From: Myxococcota bacterium
GTDB taxonomy: Bacteria; Myxococcota_A; UBA796; CAJQPC01
DNA length: 64,000 bases
Direction of reading: 5' to 3'
NCBI GenBank assembly: GCA_036012755.1
Contig: DASCPX010000179.1
Coordinates: 64,001-128,000, forward strand
Shown: piece by piece, positions 19,576 through 28,537 of the stretch
Layout of the letters: each line of letters opens with the position of its first letter
Numbering within the stretch: position 1 is the stretch's first letter
Notes under the pieces: model-generated
Databases searched by the model: none
What the model was told of the DNA's origin: nothing
Seen by the model: the letters and a program-made list of their open reading frames with translations, nothing else
Program-made: the position numbers and the translations under genes

Positions 19576-20772
19576 ATGCCCCTCGCCCTGGCCTGCACGG
19601 ACCCCGCATCGCAGGGACCCGACCGTCCGCGACGGGATCCGGGGGAGGACACCCACTCGCAGCCGGACTCGCAAGAAGACACGGGCGAGGAGCAGATCCA
19701 GCCCCCAGAGACCAGCTGCACCGCCGCCGACGCGAGCATGTCGATCGCGCCCGACTACCCGGAGACCGGCCAGCGCGTGGACGTCTCCGTCACCGCGAAC
19801 ACGGGCTACGTCTACATCCACATGGCGGTGGCGGGTGGGGACTCGGAGCAGCTCAGCGCCGACATCAGCGGCGACGGGCCCTAGACCTGGAGCTACGCCT
19901 TCACCCTGAGCGAGCCGGCCCGCTACACCTTCACCTTCACGGCGGACGACGGCTCCACGCCGATCTGCACGGGCAGCGTCACGGCGACCGGCGAGCCTGT
20001 CGAGGACACCGGAGACACCGGCAGTTCGGGGGAGCCACCGGACAACCCCATCGGCATCGGGCTGGTGAGCGAGGGCAGCACCGACCAGTGGGACCTCGCC
20101 CAGGATCTGGCTGGCAGAGGTGGGCACGTGAAGCTCATCTTCGTCGGCGTCGTGCCCGGCATGAGCGGCCCCGAGACGGCGTGGTCCAACGCCGTGGCCG
20201 GGGTCTATGCCCGCGACCTGGTGCCGGTCATCCGCATGAACCCGCACTGGGGCCAGACGGAGGTCCGCGAGTGGAGCGACGACTCCAGTCACCTCTCCTA
20301 CACTGGCTACGCCCAATCCTTCGCGGCGGTGGTCTCGGGCTTGCCCCTGCGCGAGGACTGGCCGATCTGGATCGAGCTCCTGAACGAGCCCAACCTCTGC
20401 TACGAGTGGACCTGCGACTCCGACGCCGGGACCTGGATGGGCTACGAGACGACCGCCGCGGAGTACGCCGCGCTCCTTCGCGACGTCACCGCGGCGCTCC
20501 ATGCCCTCGGGGATCCGCGCATCAAGGTGATCAACGCGGGCCTCGCCCCCGGCGGCGCCGTCGACTGCGAGTGCGGCGGCAGCGGCTTCAACGCGGGCAT
20601 CACGAGCCTCGAGTTCATCACCGCCATGGACTCGGCCGTGCCAGGGGTCTTCGACGACCTCGACGGCTTCGCCAGCCACGCCTATCCCTCCTCTGGCGAG
20701 GGCTGGGGCTTCTTCGAGGCCTACGACGACTGCGCTCCGGGCTTGAACTACTGGAAGCGCGAGCTGGACACC
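19576..20772 (+). pseudogene. Lipoprotein glycoside hydrolase (clan GH-A-like), with in-frame TAG and truncated 3' end
   Basis: MPLALAC start; TAG at 19882-84 with the same frame continuing; WIELLNEPN and DGFASHAYP motifs; coding character lost after NYWKRELD, before the expected nucleophile Glu. Confidence 0.65.
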
Positions 20773-20840
20773 ACCAGCAACAACACCAGCAGCGAGAGCG
20801 CGATGTTCTGTCTCATGCCTTGTTCTACGCGGCAGGCAGC

Positions 20841-21071
20841 TCAGCTATTGAGCGCGCGTCTCACGGCGACGACGACGTCGTCCTCTGCAGGGAAGCCGCT
20901 GTTGTCCTTTTCGGCGACCTTCTGGCCGTCGACCCAGATGGTGAGCTCGCCCCGGTTGCCCGGGGTGACGTCCGAGCTCTCACCCGTGTCCTTCTCGATG
21001 AGGTCCGCCAACCTGGCGGCGCGTGGCTTGTAGTTTCAAGGCACGCAGTAGCGAATCACGATGCGAGACAT
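20841..21071 (-). CDS. SelW/SelT/Rdx-family selenoprotein (C-V-P-U)
   Basis: MSRIVIRYCVP[TGA 21038-36]NYKPRAARLADLI...PGNRGELTIWVDGQKV..K...GFP.E..V; Rdx motifs lie on both sides of the TGA. Confidence 0.85.
21005..21019 (-). promoter_or_regulatory. Putative bacterial SECIS hairpin CCGCCA-GGU-UGGCGG
   Basis: 6-bp stem beginning 16 nt after the in-frame UGA, with an AGGU apical sequence. Confidence 0.65.
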
Positions 21072-21118
21072 CCGGACCTCCTGCAGTGGCAGTACCACTG
21101 TCGATGGGATGCGGCGAC

Positions 21119-21703
21119 TCAGTCGTTGCGGGCGAGGTCCATCTGCAAGGTGAGCTCGCAGGCGCTGCCGCCGATGATGGTCTCGACCACGCCGCAGTCC
21201 GCGCCCTCGCAGTTGAGCACGACATCGGCGCTCATGGTCATGGTCGCCTCGTCCACGAACTCGCCGTAGACCAGCGCATCGAAGACGATGACGGCGGCCA
21301 GGCCGTAGTCCTGTGGCGTGTAGTCCTCGTCGCTGCGGCTGTCGCAGTCGTAGGCCCAGCCATCGAGATCGCACTGGTCGTCCGGGGGCTCGTCACCGGC
21401 CATGGTGAACTTGCCTCCGCCGTCGTCGTGCAGCGTGACCTCGTTGCCGACCTCGCCGTGGCTGACCCAGTCCGCTGCAGCGCAGGGGTCGTGGGTGAAG
21501 GTCCGCGCGGTGACCGTCCAGGTCTCGCCGTCGGTCAAGGGGTAGTCATCCCCACCGTCGTCATCGTCGTTGCCGTCGTCATCGTCGTTGCCGTCGTCGT
21601 CGTCGTTGCCATCGTCCTCGTCGAGGGGGTCGGCGGTCGGGCGGTCTTCGTCGTCTGGAGCCAGGGTCTCTGTGGAACAGGCCAGGAATGCAAACAGGAT
21701 CAT
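21119..21703 (-). CDS. Putative lipoprotein with Asp-rich linker
   Basis: MILFAFLAC start, (NDDDDG)n linker, Cys-containing beta domain. Confidence 0.7.
   Translation of the reverse strand: MILFAFLACSTETLAPDDEDRPTADPLDEDDGNDDDDGNDDDDGNDDDDGGDDYPLTDGETWTVTARTFTHDPCAAADWVSHGEVGNEVTLHDDGGGKFTMAGDEPPDDQCDLDGWAYDCDSRSDEDYTPQDYGLAAVIVFDALVYGEFVDEATMTMSADVVLNCEGADCGVVETIIGGSACELTLQMDLARND
21555..21610. repeat. 18-bp coding tandem repeat x3 (NDDDDG)
   Basis: ccgtcgtc(a/g)tcgtcgttg repeated three times. Confidence 0.85.
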
Positions 21704-21785
21704 GCCTCTCCGGACGGTGCGTATACGCGCTGTATACCTAAGTAGACAGTGTGTATACGTCAAGAAGCTGTCGTAGCCTGGGATC

Positions 21786-22422
21786 ATGCTGCTGCTGCTT
21801 GCATGCAACGGTCGCCTCGACACGGGCGCGTGCGAGGCGAGCTTCTCCTCTGGGGGGGGCATTCACCTGCCCGATGGAGGGCTGGGGCGACCGGGACTAC
21901 TACATCGTGCTGCCCGACGGCTACGCGGGCGGCGACGCGATCCCGCTGTTGGTCGACTTCCACGGGGGCGGCGGCAGCAAGATCTCCGAGGCCGCCTCGA
22001 GCTGTCCCGAGGGCGACCTGGACGACCCGAAGTGCCTGCATGCCTTCGCCAGGGAGAAGGGCTTCGCGCTGGTCTACCCAAACGGCACCGGCGCGAGCGG
22101 CTGGAAGCAGAACCTGCGGAGCTGGAACGCCGGAGGGGGGAACCCGGACGACGAGTTCCGCTGTGTCTCGACCCCGGCGGGCGAGGACGGCGTCGACGAC
22201 GAGCGCTACCTCCGAGAGCTGCTCGACGACGTCGACGACGACGGCACGACCACGACCCGCCTGAGCTACCCGGACTGTCCCCTCGAACACCTCCGGGTGG
22301 ACGGGGGCGGCCACGTCTGGCCCCAGGGCCACCAGTACCTGAGCGCAAAACGGGTAGGGCCTGCCTGGCAGGACTGGGGCAACGAAGTCATCTGGGACTT
22401 CCTCTCCAGCCACAGCCGTTAG
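21786..22422 (+). pseudogene. PHB-depolymerase/LpqC-like esterase lipoprotein, frameshifted and internally deleted
   Basis: MLLLLAC start; frameshift at G8 (21852-59); PLLVDFHGGGG, GFALVYPNG, WNAG, VDD..YL and GGGHVWP present, but the GxSxG catalytic segment is missing. Confidence 0.7.
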
Positions 22423-22430
22423 GACGACAC

Positions 22431-22781
22431 ATGCTGTTCGCTTCGCTCTCTGGATGCCTGCTGTTCGCACCACCCGAGCTCATCCAGCTCACTCCGCAGG
22501 AGTTCCACGACGCCACCCAGGGTGTGGACGTGGTGCTCGTCGACGTCCACATCCCGGAGCAGACCCACATCGAGGGCACCGACGCGCTCGTGCCCTACAA
22601 CGAGATCCTCGACCACCTCGACGAGTTCCCGGAGGATCGGTCGGAGCCGATCTACCTCTACTGCCGCTCCGGCCACATGGTGAACCCAGCCTCACGAGAC
22701 CTCTTCGACGAGGGCTACACGACGATCTACAACCTCGACGGCGGCACCATCGCCTGGGAAGAGGCGTCGCTGCCCTACTGA
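22431..22781 (+). CDS. Rhodanese-like domain lipoprotein
   Basis: LVDV....E..HI.G, IYLYCRSG, NLDGG..AW. Confidence 0.85.
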   Translation: MLFASLSGCLLFAPPELIQLTPQEFHDATQGVDVVLVDVHIPEQTHIEGTDALVPYNEILDHLDEFPEDRSEPIYLYCRSGHMVNPASRDLFDEGYTTIYNLDGGTIAWEEASLPY

Positions 22782-22838
22782 CTTGACCGGACGACGACCG
22801 CGGGCAGAGTGGGTTGCACACTGCAACCTGGGGTCGAG

Positions 22839-23132
22839 ATGTCGAGCGCCGTGAAGCTCTCCACCGACCTCGTCGAAGCCGCGCGTCACGAGAGCCGGGT
22901 GTCTTCACGGTCGATGACCCAGCAGATCGAGTACTGGGCCCGGATCGGCCGGGCGATCGAGCGCACCGGGGCCATCGAGCACGATCGCGTGTGCGCGGCT
23001 CTTCGAGCGGAGCTCGCCTTCGACGAGCTGAACACCGAGGAGCGCATGGCCGTGCTCGGCCAGCTCGAGCGGGAGGTGTTCCAGCCCCGGGGTGACCGGG
23101 CGCTGGCCAAGCGGCTGGCCCGGGAGGAGTGA
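22839..23132 (+). CDS. ParD-like antitoxin
   Basis: VKLS.DLVE.AR......RS...QIEYWARIGRAIE. Confidence 0.75.
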   Translation: MSSAVKLSTDLVEAARHESRVSSRSMTQQIEYWARIGRAIERTGAIEHDRVCAALRAELAFDELNTEERMAVLGQLEREVFQPRGDRALAKRLAREE

Positions 23133-23713
23133 CCGCCCGGCCACCGCTGCTCTGGCTGATCATCGGCCCAAACGGCGCCGGGAAGTCGACGTACCACGCC
23201 ACCCGCGTCGAACCTCGGCTGCTGGCCGAGTTCGTCAACGCCAATCGAATCGCTCTCGAGCGATGGCCGGATGCCGGGCCGGAGAAGAGCTACGAAGCCG
23301 CGCGCATCGCGGCAGAGCGCCGATCGGAGCTGCTCGGTGCGGGGCGTTCCCTGGTCGCGGAGACCGTGGCGTCGCACCCTTCCAAGCTGGAGCTGCTGCA
23401 CGCCGCGCAGGCGTCCGGCTACGAGGTCTGGGTCAGCTTCGTCTGCCTGGAGAGCGCGGCGCTGGCCGTCGAACGTGTGGCACGTCGAGTCCGACATGGC
23501 GGGCACCCCGTCCCGGAAGAAAAAGTCCGAGCCCGGTACGAGCGGATGGCGCCGATCGCACAAGCCGCAGTCGCCAGCGCGGACCGCGCCTTCGTCGTCG
23601 ACAACTCGGAGACGAAGAGACCTCTACGGGACGTGATGCTCGTCGAGCGCGGCCACGCGATCTGGAGAGCTCCAGATCCACCGGCTTGGCTCGGCGAGCT
23701 GTTTCCCGAATAG
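23129..23713 (+). CDS. Zeta-toxin-like P-loop ATPase
   Basis: GPNGAGKST, FVNA..IA, ETVASHPSK, RV..RV..GGH.VP..K...RY, VDNS. GTGA overlap with the antitoxin. Confidence 0.85.
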   Translation: MTARPPLLWLIIGPNGAGKSTYHATRVEPRLLAEFVNANRIALERWPDAGPEKSYEAARIAAERRSELLGAGRSLVAETVASHPSKLELLHAAQASGYEVWVSFVCLESAALAVERVARRVRHGGHPVPEEKVRARYERMAPIAQAAVASADRAFVVDNSETKRPLRDVMLVERGHAIWRAPDPPAWLGELFPE

Positions 23714-23735
23714 GAGGCCGGCGGGAACCGGCCAG

Positions 23736-25529
23736 CTACAGCGCGCAGTCCACCGCTTCGAACCAGGCGTTGTCGTCCTCGTCGCACTCCTCGATGGTGT
23801 TTCCCGGGTCGACCTCGACCCGCAGTCCCTCGATGCCGACCTCTGGCAGCGAGGCGTGGAAGACCATGCCGGCGCTGGCCTCGCCGATGGGTGGCACCTC
23901 GATGGTCAGACCCTCCAGGGTGCGCAGCTCGCCGCCCTCCTTGCGCAGCTGGAGCACGAGGTCGACCTCGTCGCCGGCCGAGGTCAGCCCGTCGTTGATC
24001 ACAACCACCGTGACGTCGACGGTGCCGGCGTAGCAGTCCCAGCAGATGTCGACGACCTCGACCCGCAGGTTCGGGGCCGGGATGCCCGGGCGCTCCCGCA
24101 GGCCGCCGGCCCGGTAGCTGTTGTGGCCGGTCTGCCAGTTCATCAGCGGCTGGGCCGGGACGGAGAGGTCGTCCTCGACGTTGGTGATGTGGTAGGCGTG
24201 CTGGTTCCAGGTCTCGGTGGTGGGCGCCCAGCTGGAGTTCAGGTCCCCGATGGCCGTGATGCCCTGCCAGCCGGCGTTGATCGAGTCGTTGCTCATGAGG
24301 ATGATCTCGGCCTCGCCGTCGGCGTCGACGTCGACGATGACCGGGTACTCGAAGAGCGTCCAGCTGGAGTGGCGGTCCTCTGCCATCAGCACCGCGCCGG
24401 TGGCCCCGTCGTAGACGTAGAGCACGAGCTCGTCCGCGTAGACGACCTCGGCCTGACCGTCGCCTTCGAAGTCGAAGACCGCGGAGCCGGTGCGCGCCGA
24501 GCTCTGGTCCTGGGTGGTCTGGAGCCAGAGCTGGGTGCCGTCGGTGTCGTGCACGACGTAGCCCGAGTAGCCGGCGGTCCCGATCTCGGGCTCGCCGTCT
24601 CCGTCGAAGTCCGCGATGGTGGGCGGGCCGCCTCCACCGCCGGGAACACCCGCGGGGTCGTTCCAGATGACCGTCCCGTCCGTGTCTGCGAGCCAGACAG
24701 CGCCGTTCTGCACGGTCACGACCTCGCCGAAGCCGTCGGCGTCGAAGTCGGCGACCGCGGACCAGCCGTCCGCCATGCCGTTGGCCCACTTGGCGCTGCC
24801 ATCGCGGTTGTAGGCAGCGTTGCCGACGAGGACCTCTTGCTGACCGTCGAGGTCCAGGTCCGCGACCACCGGGATCGCGTAGGAGCCGCCGTAGCCGTAG
24901 GCGCCGATGCCCACTGTGGCGCCAGTGTGGTCGAGGATGGCCCGTCCGGCGACGACCTCTGCCAGGCCGTCGCCGTCGAGGTCCGCGACCACCGGGTAGC
25001 CGTAGCCGGTGGTGTGACCGGACAGGGACTCGCTGGCCCAAACCAGGCTGCCGTCGGAGTGCAGGGCGAGGACGCGCACATCCGTGCTCATCACCAGGAT
25101 CTCGGGTCTGCCGTCGGCGTCGAGATCGCCCAGCGCGACGCCGCTGGAGGCCACGGGGCTGTAGCCGCCGATGTTCGTGAAGGCAGAGGTCTCCTCGCCC
25201 GTGCCCTCGAGGATGTGGAGGGCCCCGGCCCCGCCGTAGGAGTTGTTGGCGTAGGAGGTGAAGACCACCTCTGGGAGGCCGTCGGCGTCGACGTCCCCGA
25301 CCGCCGGCATCATCATCACGTCGTCGTAGCCGGGGGCTCCGAGGGATCCCTCCCATCGCCACTCGACGACCGGGTCGAAGCTGCCGGACAGGGCTGGAAA
25401 GGCACACTCCTCGTCTACGTCGAGGGCGTAGCTGCCAGCCTCGTCGACGGCGCAGGCGTCCTCGCCACCGGGGGCGTCGTTCTTCGCGGAGAGCTCGTAG
25501 TCGGAGCAGGCCAGGGCAAGCAGCAGCAT
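23736..25529 (-). CDS. FG-GAP/VCBS repeat lipoprotein with C-terminal CARDB domain
   Basis: MLLLALAC start; repeated (A/G)D.D.DG..E; WNQHAYHITNV; VDP.NTI.EC.E.DN. Confidence 0.85.
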   Translation of the reverse strand: MLLLALACSDYELSAKNDAPGGEDACAVDEAGSYALDVDEECAFPALSGSFDPVVEWRWEGSLGAPGYDDVMMMPAVGDVDADGLPEVVFTSYANNSYGGAGALHILEGTGEETSAFTNIGGYSPVASSGVALGDLDADGRPEILVMSTDVRVLALHSDGSLVWASESLSGHTTGYGYPVVADLDGDGLAEVVAGRAILDHTGATVGIGAYGYGGSYAIPVVADLDLDGQQEVLVGNAAYNRDGSAKWANGMADGWSAVADFDADGFGEVVTVQNGAVWLADTDGTVIWNDPAGVPGGGGGPPTIADFDGDGEPEIGTAGYSGYVVHDTDGTQLWLQTTQDQSSARTGSAVFDFEGDGQAEVVYADELVLYVYDGATGAVLMAEDRHSSWTLFEYPVIVDVDADGEAEIILMSNDSINAGWQGITAIGDLNSSWAPTTETWNQHAYHITNVEDDLSVPAQPLMNWQTGHNSYRAGGLRERPGIPAPNLRVEVVDICWDCYAGTVDVTVVVINDGLTSAGDEVDLVLQLRKEGGELRTLEGLTIEVPPIGEASAGMVFHASLPEVGIEGLRVEVDPGNTIEECDEDDNAWFEAVDCAL

Positions 25530-25637
25530 CGGTGCACATCATGCAATGGGCGTGCCGTCGCCAAGTGCGCGAAATCGGGGTTGGGTGGGGCACGCGTGCC
25601 CCTTTGGGATCGGGACATGCTGGTCCTGATCCAATCC

Positions 25638-25985
25638 CTACAGGGCCGACCGAACCCGCGGGAACACATCGCTGGGGATCGGGTCCAGGTCGACCTGGTA
25701 GTGGCTCGGCCCGTTGTAGAGGATGACTTGGACGTGGTGCCAGCCGCAGTCCAAGGTGACCGAGCCCTCCGAGAGCACGGGCTCGTCGAGCACGAGCTCC
25801 CCCTCCCCCACGTTGGTGATCGTCGCGACACTCGAGCGGCTGTCTCCGATGAGCACGTCGCCGAAGTCCAGCGCCTCGGGCTCGACCTCGATCTGCCCGA
25901 AGACATCCTCCTCCTCCTCGCCAGGCTTGACGTCCCCGTCAGGGGTGAGTTCGTAGTCGGTGCAGGCGAGGAACAGGACGAGCAT
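25638..25985 (-). pseudogene. Short lipoprotein with a truncated Ig-like domain (probable internal deletion)
   Basis: MLVLFLAC start; IEV.P..LDFG.V..G......TI.N.G...L Ig-type start that breaks off into an unrelated tail. Confidence 0.45.
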
Positions 25986-26016
25986 GGGCGCGATTATGGG
26001 GTGTTACCGGGGTGGC

Positions 26017-26475
26017 ATGCGTATCGCGGTCGCATCAGACGAACCCTACCCGGTCCACTCCACCATCCTCGACGAACTCGAGCGGCGGGGACACGAGGTC
26101 GTGCGCTTCGGATCGCTGCGAACCGGCGAAGACAGCCCCTGGCCCCTGACGGCCGAACGAGCCGCGCGCGCGGTTGCCTCCGGCGAGTGTGACGAGGGCA
26201 TCTTCCTGTGCTGGACCGGCACGGGCATCTCCATCGCCGCGAACAAGGTGCGGGGGATCCGCGCGGCCCTGTGTGGAGACCCGAAAACCGCAGCCGGGGC
26301 GCGTGTGTGGAACCACGCCAACGTCATCTGCCTCTCGAACCGGACGCTCTCCCAGGACATGTGCAAGGAGATCCTGGAGGCCTGGTTCGGTACGGAGCCT
26401 GGCGACGACGGGGCCGAAGGGGTCGAGCAGCTCAGCGAGGTCGAGGCCCGATCCTGGGAACGCCTGCCGTGCTAG
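26017..26475 (+). CDS. RpiB/LacA/LacB sugar-phosphate isomerase family
   Basis: GIFLCWTGTGISIAANKVRGIRAALC, AR.WNHANV. Confidence 0.9.
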   Translation: MRIAVASDEPYPVHSTILDELERRGHEVVRFGSLRTGEDSPWPLTAERAARAVASGECDEGIFLCWTGTGISIAANKVRGIRAALCGDPKTAAGARVWNHANVICLSNRTLSQDMCKEILEAWFGTEPGDDGAEGVEQLSEVEARSWERLPC

Positions 26476-26502
26476 GCTCGCTGCCCTCAGAAGGAGAGCG
26501 AG

Positions 26503-26799
26503 ATGAAGAAGGCAGTGATCCTGATGGTTCTGGGTGGCCTGGCCGTCGGCCTCGGCCTCGGCGTGACGATCCCAGCAGCCCAAGCTGGCGACGGCGAGTG
26601 GGGCTGCTTCGTCGTCGACCGGCTCCCAGACACGAGCGAAGCAGCGGACTGGAAAGGCGCGAAGAACACGGCGGCGGGCCTGAACGTGATCGCCACGAAC
26701 TCACCTGCGGGCACGGTTCTCACGGTCAACCACCCCGTCAGCGGCGGCGGATGGGGCACCACCCAGACCAGCGTGGGGATGATCTGCGTCAAGCAGTGA
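26503..26799 (+). CDS. Small secreted hypothetical protein
   Basis: AAGGAG RBS, classical MKK signal peptide, two Cys. Confidence 0.7.
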   Translation: MKKAVILMVLGGLAVGLGLGVTIPAAQAGDGEWGCFVVDRLPDTSEAADWKGAKNTAAGLNVIATNSPAGTVLTVNHPVSGGGWGTTQTSVGMICVKQ

Positions 26800-26836
26800 C
26801 ACCGGCCGGCAGCACCGTCAGCTCTCCGGCCGCGAG

Positions 26837-28537
26837 CTAGCCTGCGCCGAGATCCCAGACGAGGATCCCACCCGGGTCCTCGGTCGGTGGGCCCAGCACC
26901 TCCTCCAAGGCCTCCACTGTCGCCGACGAGCAGGCGGACTCCGGCACCAGGGGCAGGGAGCAGTGGGTCGAGTCGAAGACCACGAGCCCGACACCGGCCT
27001 CGCGGACCTCTTCGCGGGTCGGGGCGGTCCCGAGGGGGTGGCCGGAGCCCAGGTCCTGCAGCCAGGCGATGGCCAGGCTCTCCGGGGGCGGACCCCCGCC
27101 AGCCAGCGGCGCCAGGCGTGGCGGACCCGGCGCTCGCAACACAGAGGGGAACTGGGCGTCGATGGCGAAGGGGAGCTCGGCGACCGCGAGACCAGCGTCC
27201 ATCTCGGCGATTCGCCCGGCCGCGCGGGTCTCGGTCGCCCGACCCCACCGTCCGGCGTTTCGAAGCTCGCTGACGGTCATGGAGCCGGCGACGACCACCA
27301 GCCCGATGCCGAGGAGCGCCGCGACCACGCCAAGGACGATGCGCCAGCGACCGCGAGCCCGAAGCAGGAGAGCCTCGAGCCCCAGGCCGCCAAGGACCGC
27401 GGCCACGACTCCACCGGCCAGGGCGAAGCGCCCGGGGACGTGAACGACCTGCAGCGGCGCCCACAGCTCCCGGGAGTCCGCTGCCCAGCTGGAGCCAGCC
27501 TCGATCAGCCCCGCTCCGGACGACAGCTCGAGGCAAGGGCCGGATCCCAACAACGCGAGCAGCAGAGCCAGCGGCAGGCCCACCAGGGCTGGCAGGCGGC
27601 TCGAAGGATGAAGCAGCGCCAGCGGCGCGATGATCCAGGCCCCAGCCGAGATCAGCAGCTTCGGCCGGGCCGCGGGGTGCTGGCCGCCCCACGACCACCA
27701 GTCACCCAGCGGCATGGTGCCGTCGCGGAAGCACATCTCGAAGACGTTCGCCGTCCGCTCCCGAGGAAAGGCGTTCATGCTCTGCAGATCCGGGACCGCG
27801 ATGGCGATGGCGAGGGCGACCGCGAGCAGGACGAGGAGCCCCTGACCCTGGGAGGCGCGCAGCCCGTCGCGCAGGACCAGGGCGATCCCCAAGGGCATGA
27901 GCATCAGGAGGAATGGCGGGTAGGTGGAGCAGAGCCCACCGATGACCGCGACGACCGGCACCCAGAGCGCTCGTGTCCAGAGCCTGGAGCCAGGCCGCAG
28001 GATCTCCAGGGCACCGGCGACGGCGGCCGCGGCGAGCCCGATCCAGCAGCTGTTGGTCCGACCCATGTGGAGCTCGAAGAAGATCGGGTGCAGCAAGGCC
28101 CCGATGGCCCCGGCGTACGCGACGCCGAGGTGGCGGCAGCCCACTCCCCGGGCCAGCCAGGCGAGCCCCAGAGCAGAGACCGCGACGACCAAGATCTGGG
28201 TCGCCTGCCACTGCTCGGGCCAGTCCAACAGCACGTGCAGGGGAAGGACCAGGAGCGCATCGCCCAGCGCGGGGAAGTTGTGCGCCCGCATCCGACCGGT
28301 GGGGAAGTCGAAGTCCCGGACGACGTCCAGCGGCTCACCGGCCAACACGCTGCGAGCTACCCAGTCGTAGTACCACTGCGTTCCGGCTGCGTCGCCGCCC
28401 TGCCAGCCGTAGAAGGGTCCGCCGCCCGTCGGGGTCAAGAGCATGGAGGCGACCCAGCCGACGACCGCCAGCACGAACACCCACGTGGCGAGCGCGCCGA
28501 GCAGGCGCACGCCGCGATGGGAGAGCAGCTCGGACAT
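26837..28537 (-). CDS. Polytopic membrane protein (GT-C/YfhO-like)
   Basis: ATG at 28537 overlaps the upstream TGA; GD..GT.WYY, F.FP.G, P.RF motifs; many TM segments; resembles 38339..39931. Confidence 0.6.
   Translation of the reverse strand: MSELLSHRGVRLLGALATWVFVLAVVGWVASMLLTPTGGGPFYGWQGGDAAGTQWYYDWVARSVLAGEPLDVVRDFDFPTGRMRAHNFPALGDALLVLPLHVLLDWPEQWQATQILVVAVSALGLAWLARGVGCRHLGVAYAGAIGALLHPIFFELHMGRTNSCWIGLAAAAVAGALEILRPGSRLWTRALWVPVVAVIGGLCSTYPPFLLMLMPLGIALVLRDGLRASQGQGLLVLLAVALAIAIAVPDLQSMNAFPRERTANVFEMCFRDGTMPLGDWWSWGGQHPAARPKLLISAGAWIIAPLALLHPSSRLPALVGLPLALLLALLGSGPCLELSSGAGLIEAGSSWAADSRELWAPLQVVHVPGRFALAGGVVAAVLGGLGLEALLLRARGRWRIVLGVVAALLGIGLVVVAGSMTVSELRNAGRWGRATETRAAGRIAEMDAGLAVAELPFAIDAQFPSVLRAPGPPRLAPLAGGGPPPESLAIAWLQDLGSGHPLGTAPTREEVREAGVGLVVFDSTHCSLPLVPESACSSATVEALEEVLGPPTEDPGGILVWDLGAG

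Noticed and set aside
19882..19884. Pyrrolysine or amber recoding
   Set aside because: TAG is used as a normal stop by many genes here, no pyl genes are present, and the gene is otherwise broken.
23716..23733. GGCCGG-N6-CCGGCC hairpin as a terminator
   Set aside because: Short stem with no U-tract; likely by chance in GC-rich DNA.
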